Shown here: piece after piece, positions 26,282-38,770 of the stretch
How positions within the stretch are numbered: the first letter of the stretch is position 1
Layout: every line of letters begins with the position of its first letter
Assembly (NCBI GenBank): GCA_002633005.1
Contig: NMRA01000153.1
Coordinates: 668,564 to 732,563, forward strand
Reading direction: 5' to 3'
Length of the DNA: 64,000 nucleotides
From: Phoronis australis
Taxonomy: Eukaryota > Animalia > Phoronida
Made by a program: the position numbers and the translations under genes
The notes under the pieces: model-generated
Told to the model about the DNA's origin: nothing
Seen by the model: the letters and a program-made list of their open reading frames with translations, nothing else
Databases searched by the model: none

Positions 26282-29200
26282 ATGATGCCTGTTTCTGCTG
26301 ATTTGGAAGATGATAACAGTAAGTTTCTTTCATTGATCAATGGAATTGGAAATGGATGTTTTTGTCTCTTGGACTTTGTTGGCTTGTTGACTTCTTGTTC
26401 ATAGCATTCTCATCTTTAGGCAATGACCATCGCCTCTGTTGGCCCGAACCAGAGGCGATGCAGAGGCTATAGGCGCTCTGTACGCCGGAAGCTTTTTGGC
26501 GAATTATCCCTCGCACCGACTAAACTATCAAAGTCACGTTGTTATAAATACCTTTTGCGCATAGAGGAACACCTTAGGAGGTTGTCGATGTGTTTAAGTC
26601 CTTCCAACTCGAACAAATACTCCCGTTATGAAACTTTTTCTTCAATCAGTCCCTATTTCAGTTCCCAAAATCGTGAAATCAAAATTTTTGTACTGCGCAC
26701 GCTCCAATTTTTACCGCCCTCGCTAGGTGATGTGACTTCATAACCTCAATAATTTTTAAATAGGCCAAAGGTGAGCCATTGCGGTCGTTTCCAAAGTGCC
26801 ACCACTTATACTTGTCTTTAATTGGCGTTACTTGAAACTGTTTGTATTTCAATGAATTATTGTTTGTATTTGATAAAAATAAATGCTGTTGATATGACAT
26901 TTAATAGTCTTTGTGCACATATTTGACATTTTAATGTTTAACAACACGGCAAATGCACGGCTGGTTCCCGGCAGCACGTACGCGAAGGGCGGGAACTTCA
27001 GCTTTCAAAGTTTGCCGGTAGGTCCGCAACTTCTGACCTTCGGCCTGGTTTAAACATAAAAAAGTTGATTTCACGATTTTGGGAACTGAAATAGGGACTG
27101 CTCGAAGAAAAAGTTTGATAATGGGAGTATTTGTTCGAGTTGGAAGGAATTAAACACATCGACAACCTCCTCAGGTGTTCTTCTATGCGCAAAAGGTATT
27201 TATAACAACGTGACTTTGATGATTTAGTCGGTGCGAGGCATAATTCGCCGAAAAGCTTCCGGCGTACTGAGCGCCTATAGCCTCTGCATCGCCTCTGGTT
27301 CAGGCCAACAGAGGCGATGGTCATTGCCTATCTCATCTTATGCTATATGATTTCCAATGTCAGTGTTTTAGTCATCAAAAAAGTGACGCTTATAGATTCT
27401 TAAGTGTTAGAAAAGTTCTAAGGATACTAAACCTTGTTGTTGATTTCAACCAATCCTCCTTCTGTCTACTGCTAATGCATCATTGGCATCGATCTTTAAC
27501 TTTTTTAAATACATACAGGAATCAACTAAAAACGGAAACTCCCCATCTCACAAATTGTATGTTAGGGTTCTTGGTCTTTTCCCACAGTTGCCTTAGGTAC
27601 TGAATTCACTACAAGCGTAGGTCATGCTTTCCCATTTCATTTAGCAGACTTTTGAAAGGAGTTTTTGCAAACTTTTGATGGTTGTCGAGGGTTACAGAAC
27701 ATTATTTTGTTTTAGAGAACTGGATGAGACAGTCATTCTTAGTATCTGTTTATATACCAAAACCGGGTTTGGTACTTAGTATCCTTTTCTATAATTATTA
27801 TTACCCTTTCATACAGTATTATAACGTCAGTAGTCAAAATTACATGTTTAAATACTATCATATCAGTTGACGTCTGCTTCTTCTCTTCACACACTGACAC
27901 CATGGTTTTGAAAGTGGCAGTATAGGTGAATTTTAAAATAGCCGTGCCATATTGAAGTTCACTATCTAGGCCTTTATCCAGGATTTTGAAAATAGGGTGT
28001 CCAAAATGGGGTTCCCAATATTCCAGGGTGTCCATGATTCCAACGCGTAAACCCCCACCCCCAGAAATACCCCCAAACACACAGATTTTTTTACAAAAAA
28101 TGCATAGATCAAGGTTTTTACATCTAAGTTTATAAAACAGCCTTCTGTGGTGAGCATTTTTACTAAAAAAAACTATGTAGACCAAGACTTTTACAATGCT
28201 GTCAATCAAGTGTCAAAATAGCAACAATGCATATACTTTGTATATATACAATGTGTATTTCTTCCTGCTTTGAAAAAAGAGCCCCCCCACTGTGAGCCTT
28301 CAGAGGCATCCTAGTATTCATTACAATGTGCGAGTCCAAACTTGAAAGGTTCCTATTGACAGTGGGCATCCAAATGATACATTGGGCGTCCTTGCCAGGG
28401 CGTCCTGATTAGTGCTAGGGCGTCCATTTGGACGCCCAGGACGTACGCTGCATAAAGGCCTGTCATTATCGCTAGATGGCGATCAGGTCTTTCAAGGATA
28501 GGAGTTCTGGTACTAATGCCTTTCGAAAAAAGCCATTTGCCTTTTGGAATACCAATTCATGGAAAATGACAACATGCTTCGTACATTTCCTACTGCGAAG
28601 AAGAATACGCGGCAAAGCCAGTGGCTCACTGGCTGATAAAGCAGGAGAATTTCGATTCCAGCTGGTGTCAAAAGGCTAAAATAAATTAATGCACTTAAAC
28701 TAATCAAACAATGGGAGGTATGAACAGTAGAATTTATTTCTCTGCTTTTAAATAAATGATCCACTGTACTATGTAGCAATTGAATTTCTGTCCACCAAAT
28801 TTTAGTTGAGATCAAGTGGAAGTCACTTTCATACTTCATACTGTAGAGAGCACAATGATGAAAAGTCTCCTATTGAGTCTAAAAAAACCATGACGTGTTG
28901 CTATTTGTTTTCTACAATTTCAGATGGCTCTTCCCAAGGTCACACAGAAAATGGCATGGGTCAAGATCCCATTAATTACAAACAGAAGTACAAAATATTA
29001 AAGAAGAAGCTGAGAATACTTGTTCATGAACAGGAATGCTTCATGGAAGAACTTAGAAAGGCTCAACGAAAACTACTTAAAGTGTCCAGAGATAGGAGGT
29101 GAGACACGTGTTCTCGTAGTTAGTCCTGGGCAAAAAATCCTTTTGAGAGTCAGTTACATGTGAATGTGGAAACACGTTTTGTTCAGCTTTCAACATTCGC

Positions 29201-32200
29201 TAGTTTGGAATTAGAATGTATTCCAAAACATTTAAATAAACATGTCCATTTTTATGTGGCCACATTCTCAGAATGCGTATTCCTCAATGTCTTGGCCAAG
29301 AAGCAAACTATTATTAACTTGTATTAAGAGTGTCTTGTATTAGGTACCGCATGCCTGTACAATGAACGTTGTTTAAAAATAATTCATATACAATAAACAT
29401 TGTTTTAAAATAAAAGTCATCTAGTCAGCTACTACATATGAAACACCTAAGGTCTTTGAATTGCATTTTTTTGGCCAAGTTACAAGAAGCAGGCTTCAAG
29501 TCATGTTTTTCCATGAATTCATAATTCTCCAGTTTGGGACAGTGAAACGTTGATTATGTTGCTCAAGGTTGGGGGTCAAAACTAAAGTTTTGAAATGGGC
29601 AATATTGCCCTTACAAAATTCAACAATTATGATCAATGAAGGATGTTCATTCTCCTCATTGTTATGCAGTTTGGGGATACCTGAAAATGTTCCTGTTTTT
29701 TCAACATTATGAATCACCATGATGTCTATTTTCAGACTCTGTTGATACGAAATGCAGTGTCCGATATTTGGGAAATGTGATAGAATCAAAAATCACCCGT
29801 GTCCAACTCTTGAAATCAAAAATAATCTGTTTCTGCTTGAATTTTGTGTGCCAAATTTTTGTGACTGCCCTGAAATGGAGATTTTTTAACATAATGATCT
29901 TCCAGCAACACAAACTGAAGGAATTTTTAAAACTGAAGGAATTGAAATTTCATTGTCTACATGTAAATATGGCATTTCTTGAATTGTTAAATAAAATTGA
30001 CTGAGTATGGTTTTAATTACCTTCAGTTTCCTACTGGATCGCTTGCTACAGTATGAGAAGTTAGAGGACAGTTCAAGTGATTCTGACGCCACAGCATCCA
30101 GTGACAGTGAAGGGGGAACAAAGAAGAGTAGTAAAAAGTGCGAGGTTTTGTTTCTTAAATTATGAAAATTGCGGAGAATCATCAGCATTCTCCATGTGTT
30201 TGAATTCCACCTTGACAAGTTTACCACACTCAACTCAAGTTTGAAAACCCATAAAAAATTTTTTTCTCAATCAAATAAGGACACATTTAATCAGTTCATT
30301 GCATGTATTCCAAGACATAACATACAAACTTCCCATAGTGTAGATATAGACTTTCGAACATGTTCATGAATTTTTAATTCCAGTCGAAATTGAAGTTTCT
30401 GAGGTGGAGAAGACTGATCATACGTTAAGAATAAATCTTCCCATGACGGCAGAGTCTATTCATTTACACTTCATTAAAGCGACTAAACACAATGCTCTTG
30501 AGTGTCAGAAACAGTTTGGATTTAGACCACTTTCCGTCTCACAATTGGTCTCTACTTGTTTCATACTAAGATGAGAAATGATTTCTGGAAGATCTGACAG
30601 TTCGGTAGTGTTTGAGACGGCGTGTGGCTCATAAAGCGACATGGCGTGGTAAGCAAACTTATCAAGCCTGATGCCAAGTGGCAATGAACTGATAGTTCTT
30701 CTCAAGTTCAGTAATTGTCTGTCATCGGAGCAATTTTATAGCCATAAGTGTCCTACATCAAATGTTCTTTTTTACGGAAGGCAGATTTATAGCCTCTTTA
30801 CTTTAATTACACAAAATATGTGAAAGTGTCAGCACAGCTGTCGGGTGTGAATTGGTGTGACATTCACAACAGTTGGCATCATCTCCATACTGTGTCATGC
30901 CCAGAAGATGTATATCGAGATTTTACCTTCAAATCCAGCACGTGCATTTGGATTTTTATTAAATGAACATTCTTGGCAAGAAAAGTAATTTACTAGAAAT
31001 TAGGAGTGTGCGGAATTGAACCCACTTGCTCAGCAGTAGCTGCCAGACGCTCTGACCCTAAGCCAAATCCCATGCGTTAAATACAATGAAAGTACGTGAG
31101 GCATATTTAACTGGTTAAGACTCCAGCCTTGATATCAGTGAATATTTTGCAGACAACAGCCAGAATTGGCAATTATAAAATGATCACAACACAACATCTT
31201 TTGTTGTTTTATAGCTGATAACGTCCCTTAAATCTGGTGCTATTGGTCACTTGTGATAACAACATGGATGAAAAAAATATATGCTCTAATTTAATCATCC
31301 AAATGTCAATGAAATTTACAGAAAGAAGCTGTCTCATCCCAGCCTAGGTCTGTTCCCCGATCAATCACCGGGGATGATTCCTACACTAGACATGATGTCA
31401 TCCCCTCAGGTAAGGAGTCTATGCACATTCCAACCGCACATGTCCTAGTTACTGTCTTGGGTGGGATCTGACTAATACTGCATTCATCTCTGAGTTGTGT
31501 TGAGACTTCAATATTTTGTGTTTTGTGTGACTACTAACTTTTCAATTGTTCTATTTGTTGAGGACATGAAACTGATGTATGTATGTGATAGAGTTTCAAA
31601 TTTCTACTCACAAACTAATTAACAGCATAATGAAGGCGATTTGCAGCAGACCAAAAGGAAAACTCTATGAAGCGACACTCTAATGCTCTGTGTTCCATTC
31701 ATTGGAGAAATTCATTATGGGTGAAAATGTTGGACTCTTTGTTCTTATGAAAGCAGGTCCCCTTCTTCCTTAAAAGTTGAACCCTTTGTGCCTTTAAGTA
31801 TAAAGTTTGATGAGACCTCATTTATCAGTTTAGTGTTCACCACAACAGAATAGTCAAACTTGACAGGAATTTCAAAATTCGTGAACGCGTTTGAAAATCT
31901 GTGCCTATGCTAGGGGGACTTTATGTAAGTCTAGGAATAAATGTGGAACTGGTGCAAAAAGTCCAAAATGTCCTTATTTGGTTAAGGAATGACTAACCTC
32001 CCAAAAGTTCAAACTTGATGTAAGTAAGCCAAACTCATCAAGGCAGAATTCAAACTCGTTACTTCGGTGTGTCAAAACAGGTTGTGGATAACACTATTTA
32101 TCATATAATGGTCATGTTGAAGAACTGTGCCAAAAATGCTACAAAACAAAATTGAACATGGTTGGGGATTTGCATCCCTGTTCTGGTTTCGTGGTCTCGG

Positions 32201-35200
32201 CTATGTAACATAAATGAATTACGTAGCCTTGAAATTAGCACCGCAATTCCACCGGTTTATTCAAAGACAGTTCTTGAACATGGTCCACTCCAAGTGCACT
32301 GTTTCCTGGTGGTGGTTTCTCATCCTTCGTTCTGTGTCTCTCTCCTCAAGTCTCTCTACTCTAGTGGCTCGGGCCCCTCCGCCTTCCCCATGAGTACCTT
32401 TCTCTCACAGTCAGCAGCTGCCTATAACCTGGCCAACACAAAAGTAAGTGTCCTATACAATCTAGGCTTAGTGTTCCATCTGTGAACTCAAGCTTACTAT
32501 CAGATTTGAGATAAAAAGTCTATAGTGCACATTGTTTTGTGATTTGTTATGAATTCTGAACAAAAATGAAGTTCTAACAAATTAAACAATACTCTGTTAA
32601 CTATGAACAAAATCTGTTTTTGCTGAGTGGTAGATTTGAGTGGTTATGAAGGGAAGCTTTTTGTTATGTTGCGTACGATTAACGTAACTTTGTGTGTATT
32701 AACCATAGACTTGTTAAAGGCCTCAGTAAACTTGTTAAAAAGTGCAAATTTATATGTAAAGCAAAAATGAGTCAGCATGTGTACCGAGCGAGTATACACG
32801 TTTTACTATTCATGGCTGCTTGTAATGTGCAAAATTGTGAAATAATTTAAATACAATTTTGTGCACATGTTCTGGGTAGCAATTATCCAGTGATTGTCGT
32901 TTGTTTGAATAAGAGTGTAACATACTCTCATTGTATTGAGCTTGAAGGCATGTGTTTTTGTTCCGTGGCTATACACATGATGGTGGCGTTCATTGCAAAA
33001 TGTGACTAACAAGATATTCAGCATTTTTGTTACACCATGAATTTAATCTGAATAGGGTGTTGCTCACAGAAGGATACTTTTTTATTGTTAATTGTTTATT
33101 TATTGACTGTTCATCTAGTATTTGCATATTAATCTCTTGCATCATTAATCAGTTCAGAATTAATGAACAAATATTATCCAGTGAAAGCATGGAAGCATAT
33201 TGCAGTTCAGTACAATGAATTTTCAAATGTCACACGTGCACAACTTTAAAGGACGTTATTGACGAGGTCAGCCTCATCGTATAATCGAACCTGTAACCTC
33301 CGCAGTCACATCTAACCTTCTGCTGGTGGAGCTATATATCACTCACTTAATGGCAAAGTATTTTAATCCTACTTTTAAGTATGAATAAAATACTATGCCA
33401 GTAACATTACCAGTTAATTTTAACCAATGTCTGGCAGATGACGGCGATAGTTGGCAATTTGTAATAAAATCATAAAAGCAAGGGCTTTAATTTGTTGTTT
33501 TACAGCTCTGGTCAAGACAAATAACTTTAAGAAATGTCTTCCATCCTACACTAATTCCAAAAATTTTTTCGACAATAAAGCTGATAATGTCCCTTTGGTA
33601 CTGAGCTGAGAGCGAAGAACTGACGAGTCCAACAGTGTGATCTAGTGGGATTCAAACGCACGACCTCTAGATTGGATGGCAAATGCTGTACTGCTAAACA
33701 ACACTGCCTCCTCTGCTTTGGGTATCCTTTTATGTTTTGCTTTATAGTTATGAAACATGACTATGAATGTGCATGGTGAAAGGTTAGTACCTCATTAACA
33801 TGGACCTGTTTGCACTCAGGCACACATTTTGATCTATGTGAACGCAGTACAGTTTACAATGTTTATTTCAGGTAGCACAAGGTGAGCCATCACGAAAGAA
33901 GATAAAAAGCAGTAAGAAGACGTCAAAAACAAGTAAGTAGATGTCGTGTTCATTCTCGGTGAAATTTTATATTTACACAAAGGAATTGTGTGCAACTCAA
34001 TCAGTGCAATGTTCACTTGTCGTTCTGTTTGCTATTAATAGGATTTATCGTGTTCCTTGTCCTGACATGAATGTAGTAAGGACAAAATCAATTGTAAGTT
34101 GAGTCTTGGTTAACACATTTCTTTACAGACGTGTGCAGTGCAAGACAAAAGTAATCGAACAAAATATTGTTTCCTGCTATGATGTCTAGCTTTGTTAATG
34201 GCAGAAATGACTGGTAACAAGTTTAAGGGCTGCAAAGTTCCATCACTTAGCCAACTTTTCTGTTAATTCCCCTTGATGAAGACTACTCTGGCGATGAATT
34301 TGGTTTCTGCACAGCTGTCACAATGGGAAATTCTGGATCATTTTGTCTGTCATGAATACTTTTGGTTTATACTGTAAGAACATGTCTTTTAGTATTAAAT
34401 AGAAAACAAATCAAAAACCCATTGTCGGATTTTGATGAAATTTGGCACAACGGTGTAGGGCTTTACTAGAACGGTTCATGTCACTTTTCAATCTGCCTTG
34501 CCCTCTGGTGTCAGTTGCTTTTTCTGTATTTTTTGGGGAAGAGTGTTTCTGGATGATATCGCGATAACTCATTGACTGATTTCAATGAAACTTGGCACAA
34601 AGGAGTGTGATATCAATGCACTGGCACAATTAAAGTTTTGGGTGGATGTGAATACTGCTGTACCTTTTAGTGGCCATTTTGTTCTCGACGAGGGGGTTTT
34701 AAACTATTCTTTTGGAGAGAAGAGCATTTCCAGAAGATATCTAAAAAACCAATGGGCATATTACATCAAAGCTTGACACAGAGGTATACTATGAGATTGC
34801 ACTGACACAGATTAATTTTCGGCCAGATTCGATTTTGCAGTGCCTCCTAGTAGCCATTTTGCATTAGAGCGTTTCCCGATCATATATAAAGAAACGTGTG
34901 AACGATTTCAGTGAAAGTTGACACTGTGGTTTGTGATGACAAAGCGGTGGCACCATTTAAATTTTGGGTAGATTTGACAACTGCAGCACATCCTAGTGGT
35001 CGTTTTCTGTGAGAATGTTACCGGATGATATGTGAAGAACCAAGTGAAGGATTTTAATGAAATTTGACACAGAGGTATATGATGTCAATGTGCAGGCAAC
35101 ATTAAATTTTTGGGCGGATTTGACCACTGCAGCATCTCTTAGTGGTTCGGTTCTCATCAAAGGGGCTTTTGAAGTGTTATTTGGGGAAGAGCATTTTCGG

Positions 35201-38200
35201 ATGATATCAAGAGAACCAACAGACAGATTTCGATAAAACTTGACTTAGAAATATACGATGTCGGTGTGCTAGCAACATTTATTTTTTGGATGGATTCAAC
35301 CTCTGCAGCATCTTCTAGTGGCTATTTAGGGGAAGAACATTTTCGGATGATATTTTTTGAACCGACAGATGAATTTTAATGAAATTTGACAATGCGCAAT
35401 CACCATTAAATTTTTGCGCTGTTACCAAATACTGCAGCAGCTCTTAGGGCCATTTTGTTCTCAAGGGGCTTTCATGCATTGTGGGGGGGAGAGGAATTAT
35501 TGATGATATCTAAAAGTGATTGACTGATGTCAACGAATCTTGACACAGACATACGGGATGTCAATGCAGCTGACCATTTGTTTTTGAAGTCAATTTGCCC
35601 ACTGGAGCATCATGAGCTTTTCAAGTGTTGTTTGAGGATTAGTGTTTCTGGATGATATTTAGAGAACCGATTGGATGGATTTCAATGAAACTTTATATAT
35701 GATGACCATGTGTTGTTTGGGGGATTAGTGTTTCTGGATGATATTTAGAGAACCGATTGATGGATTAGTGTTTGTGGATGATATTTAGAGAACCGATTGG
35801 ATGGATTAGTGTTTCTGGATGATATTTAGAGAACCGATTGATGGATTAGTGTTTCTGGATGATATTTAGAGAACCGATTGATGGATTTCAATGAAACTTT
35901 ATATATGATGACCATGTGCCGGAATTATTCTGTTCTCAACAAGGGCCTCTTCAAGTGTTGTTTAGAGGAAGAATGTAGAGAACTGACTGACACTCATTAA
36001 ATAATTTCATAAGGTTGGTGGAGTAAAAAATAGTTGTTTCTTATTTTCACAACCAGAAAAGCACTAGTACCTTTCAGTTTCGGCTCCTTTCAGCAGCCAT
36101 CTTTCAAAGCTATTGGATACTAGGCGGTGTGGTGATGAGGCTGTTCCAAATTTTAGATAACTTATACCCCCCATCGTCCCTATTCATAACTGAGCCACTT
36201 TTTCTGACCCAGATAGACTCTCTTATTTGTCTAGATCTTAAATTATAAGTATAAGTTATCTAAAATGTGGAACAGCCTCATCACCACACCACCTGGTGTC
36301 CAATAACTTCGGAAAATGGCTGTTGACAGAGAGGAGCCAAAACTGTCAAGGTACTAAATAAATTAAATGCTTTTCTGGTTGTGGAAATAAGAAACAATCA
36401 AACTGACTGACAGATTTCAATGATGACAGTGCACCAGCACCATTTGATTTTCGGGCTGATTCGACTACTGCAGCCCCTCCTAGTGGCCTGTAGAAACATA
36501 TTGTATGCAATGCACCTTGGGTGCATGTCAACCCCCCAGCGTTGCTCTTGTTTTACATAAAAACTAGAAGGAAATGCTTGTCATGGCTGTAAAATGAACT
36601 TTCCACATATCGCACGAAAACTACGGCATCACTGCAAAAATGCATTGTAGTTAGACTCTGATTCATTACATGTTACACCATGCTGAGATTGCAGAACTTC
36701 AAGAATACTGAAGTTGAAACATAATTCTCGCTACTTTTCATTGTGGGTAGTGTACTGTTCCTTGTGAATGGATCATGCTGGTCGTGCTAGGCAGGAGATA
36801 AGTCTGACATCCTTGTCTTCTAGCTTCCCTGCTTGCAAAAAACGTGTCACCTAAAGCACGGTCTGCCGCTGAACATGGTGGACTGGGTGGTCAACTGTCC
36901 AGAGAGGAAGTTGAGAAGAAACTGGCCGAGTCAGCGTCAAAGCCATCGTACATGAGGATTGACAAGGCACCGACTTCTGTCCCGCTCGATATTTTTAGTA
37001 ACGAAGACTCGAACCCCGACAGGTACGTGTCTTTATTCATCTGTCGAAGTATGGTTGACATAAAAATTCTTCTGGCTGGGACAACAATATGTCGGAGAGG
37101 GGAAATTTTATTTCATCAATTTTTCTACAAAAAATGTTTCATAAAATTGCTTTCAGCATGGTTTGCACAGTATACTTGTCAACAGACAGATAAATTTTTT
37201 CCAGTAATCAGAAACATGACAGTTTTAGTGTTTTATTTTTGTTCCAAATTGAAGGATTTTTTGTATAGACAACTGGTCAGTGTATTGGCCCTTAAGTGAC
37301 ATCATTGGTGTCAATGTACACTTGAGATCAGTTCCAAGATGAATTTCAATCCTAGTCATTGACACTTGGATAATAGAGCTAAAAGCTGGCAGGTAGTCTA
37401 GTATTTTAACTGTCGACAAGACCACTAGCCGCGATATCAGTTAATTCTCTCAAATGACTGGAAGCCAAAATGTGGAATCATCAATTTCTAATAAAACCAC
37501 AAAAACGCTACATATTTTGCTGTCTGGTCAACATCAAGAAGTCTATCTTACCAACAATAATTTGTAAAAAGCGTTCTTCGGTCCTTAAAGCGATCAGACC
37601 CTTTATATTATGTTCATGTCATGGTTGATGAGATTTGTTACCTGTCAATTGCATTGTGTTTATTTTTGTTGGTATTGCATTTTTAAAACTTTTATGGGTA
37701 GCACTATTTTTCTATAGTTTTGCGTGACGGTTACTGTATGAATAATGGACAGAATTCACAGAATCTGACTTCTTTCACGGAGTTACAAATTACGAACAGA
37801 ATTTGTATATTTCAGTACCAGATGCCATAATTCTGATGTTTTTTGGTTTTTAATCAAAAATTAAATATATAGTCCATCAAATGAGTCGTATTTTGTATAC
37901 AAGTCTATCAACTGTTTTGGAGCAGACATGTTCTAGTCGTTCCTGAAGATGTCTCTTTTCTTTTGCGGTTTTGAGAAACAATAAATATGGCATGCAGCAA
38001 GTTATGTGTAAAATGTAGCTATGGCGTAAATTGGCAGAGAACGTAAGGCAATTCCCAGATGATGTTTCTGTTATTTATCACTTGGAAGTAGTACAACGGA
38101 ATTTGATTGTTTAGGAAAAATGGATAAAAATGAACATTAATGTTTGCTAAAACAAATTTCTCTATTTTTGATAACGGAAAACTGGGGTCTCCATGTCAGG

Positions 38201-38662
38201 TAATTTGCAAATATTTTTTAAGTCTGGTCAGCATGCACGTGTTGGCCACATCACGTGACCTAATGAATACAGGTCTGAAAATTTTTTTCAACTGGGACTA
38301 GAACCTGGGTTCTGCTGCTTAGCATGCGGACGCACTGGTCCACCATATTTCTACGCCAGAGATTTACATTCACATACATTCTGAATAATCATTGCATGTT
38401 TTCATCTAATTTTAGTTCTACTAGTGCTCACTTTGGTTGGCTTTTTGGTCAATAAACCAAGATCAGTGTTTTAGAACAAGAGTACAAGTACTTCATGCTT
38501 AGGTCTTGTGAATTATTAAGTAACTACTGGACAAATAATGTTGTAGTGTGTTGCTAAAATGAAATATCATGCGGATAAATGCCATTACATGTTCTTATTT
38601 CTGGTTGCAGTGAAAGTGTAGAAGTTGATAATGACCTAGTAATAGATATACCTGTTGAGTAG
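26282..38662 (+). CDS. INO80E: INO80 complex subunit E (CCDC95), 271 aa, 8 coding exons
   Basis: Exons 26282-26318, 28924-29098, 30027-30137, 31322-31409, 32351-32443, 33872-33932, 36824-37022, 38611-38662 (816 nt, in frame). [64 protein letters not shown] and the C-terminal DLVIDIP are INO80E hallmarks. Confidence 0.93.
26417..27330. mobile_element. MULE-like foldback MITE with about 265 bp TIRs and a 9 bp TSD
   Basis: TAGGCAATGACCATCGCCTCTG... at 26417 and its reverse complement ending 27330; perfect TSD TCTCATCTT (26408-26416, 27331-27339). Explains the mirror ORFs at 26423(+) and 27324(-). Confidence 0.9.
27420..27780. mobile_element. About 350 bp MITE, copy 1 (copy 2 at 57375-57730)
   Basis: GATACTAAA..TGTT..GATTTCAACCAATCCTC ... 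TTTTGATGGTTGTCGAGGGTTACAGA ... CCAAAACCGGGTTTGGTA shared with the 57.4-57.7 kb copy. Confidence 0.75.
27967..28462. mobile_element. hAT MITE (about 495 bp), copy 1
   Basis: TIRs TAGGCCTTTAT / ATAAAGGCCTG; 8 bp TSD TCACTATC / TCATTATC (7 of 8). Reverse-oriented homologue at 46224-46709. Confidence 0.9.
31003..31070 (-). mobile_element. tRNA-derived SINE head
   Basis: Minus strand TGGCTTAGGGTCAGAGCG (A box-like) ... GGTTCAATTCC (B box); no complete cloverleaf. Confidence 0.5.
33638..33712 (-). mobile_element. Degenerate tRNA-derived SINE head
   Basis: Minus strand GAGGTCGTGCGTTTGAATCCCACT, similar to GAGGTCGTGGGTTCGAGTCCCACT at 58481 and to the 41680 copy. Confidence 0.45.
35637..35917. repeat. 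40-41 bp tandem repeat nested in the HINE-like array
   Basis: GATTAGTGTTTCTGGATGATATTTAGAGAACCGATTG(G)ATG, four consecutive copies plus one upstream. Confidence 0.9.
36035..36400. mobile_element. Palindromic (foldback) MITE nested in the HINE-like array
   Basis: TTGTTTCTTATTTTCACAACCAGAAAAGCA...GGTGTGGTGATGAGGCTGTTCCAAATTTTAGATAACTTATAC is mirrored by GTATAAGTTATCTAAAATGTGGAACAGCCTCATCACCACACC...TGCTTTTCTGGTTGTGGAAATAAGAAACAA. Confidence 0.85.
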
Positions 38663-38770
38663 CAGTTACCTGGGGAGTTGCAGTTACCTGGAGAGTTGCG
38701 TTTACCGGGAGAGCTCGGGTTAACTGGAGAGTTGGGGTTACCTGGAGAGTAGCAGATACTTGGAGAGTGG
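38648..38770. repeat. 18 bp tandem repeat overlapping the INO80E stop codon
   Basis: About 7 units of TTACCTGGAGAGTTGCAG and variants; the first unit is the last INO80E codons ATACCTGTTGAGTAGCAG. Confidence 0.9.

Larger units (their letters stand above)
34420..36552 (+). mobile_element. HINE-like repeat, copy 3, with an expanded internal tandem array (about 145-180 bp units)
   Basis: Repeated units containing GATTTCAATGAAACTTGGCACA, TTAAATTTTGGG, CTGCAGCA.C.CCTAGTGG and GGATGATATC. Ends ATGCACCTTGGGTGCAT...GTTGCTCTTGTT, as copy 1 does. Confidence 0.65.

Noticed and set aside
26423-27324. Pair of near-identical 106-108 aa ORFs on opposite strands
   Set aside because: They are the two TIRs of a MITE; no protein family features.
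27739-28209. 156 aa ORF similar to ORFs at 46347-46782
   Set aside because: Shared non-coding hAT MITE; frames differ between the copies.
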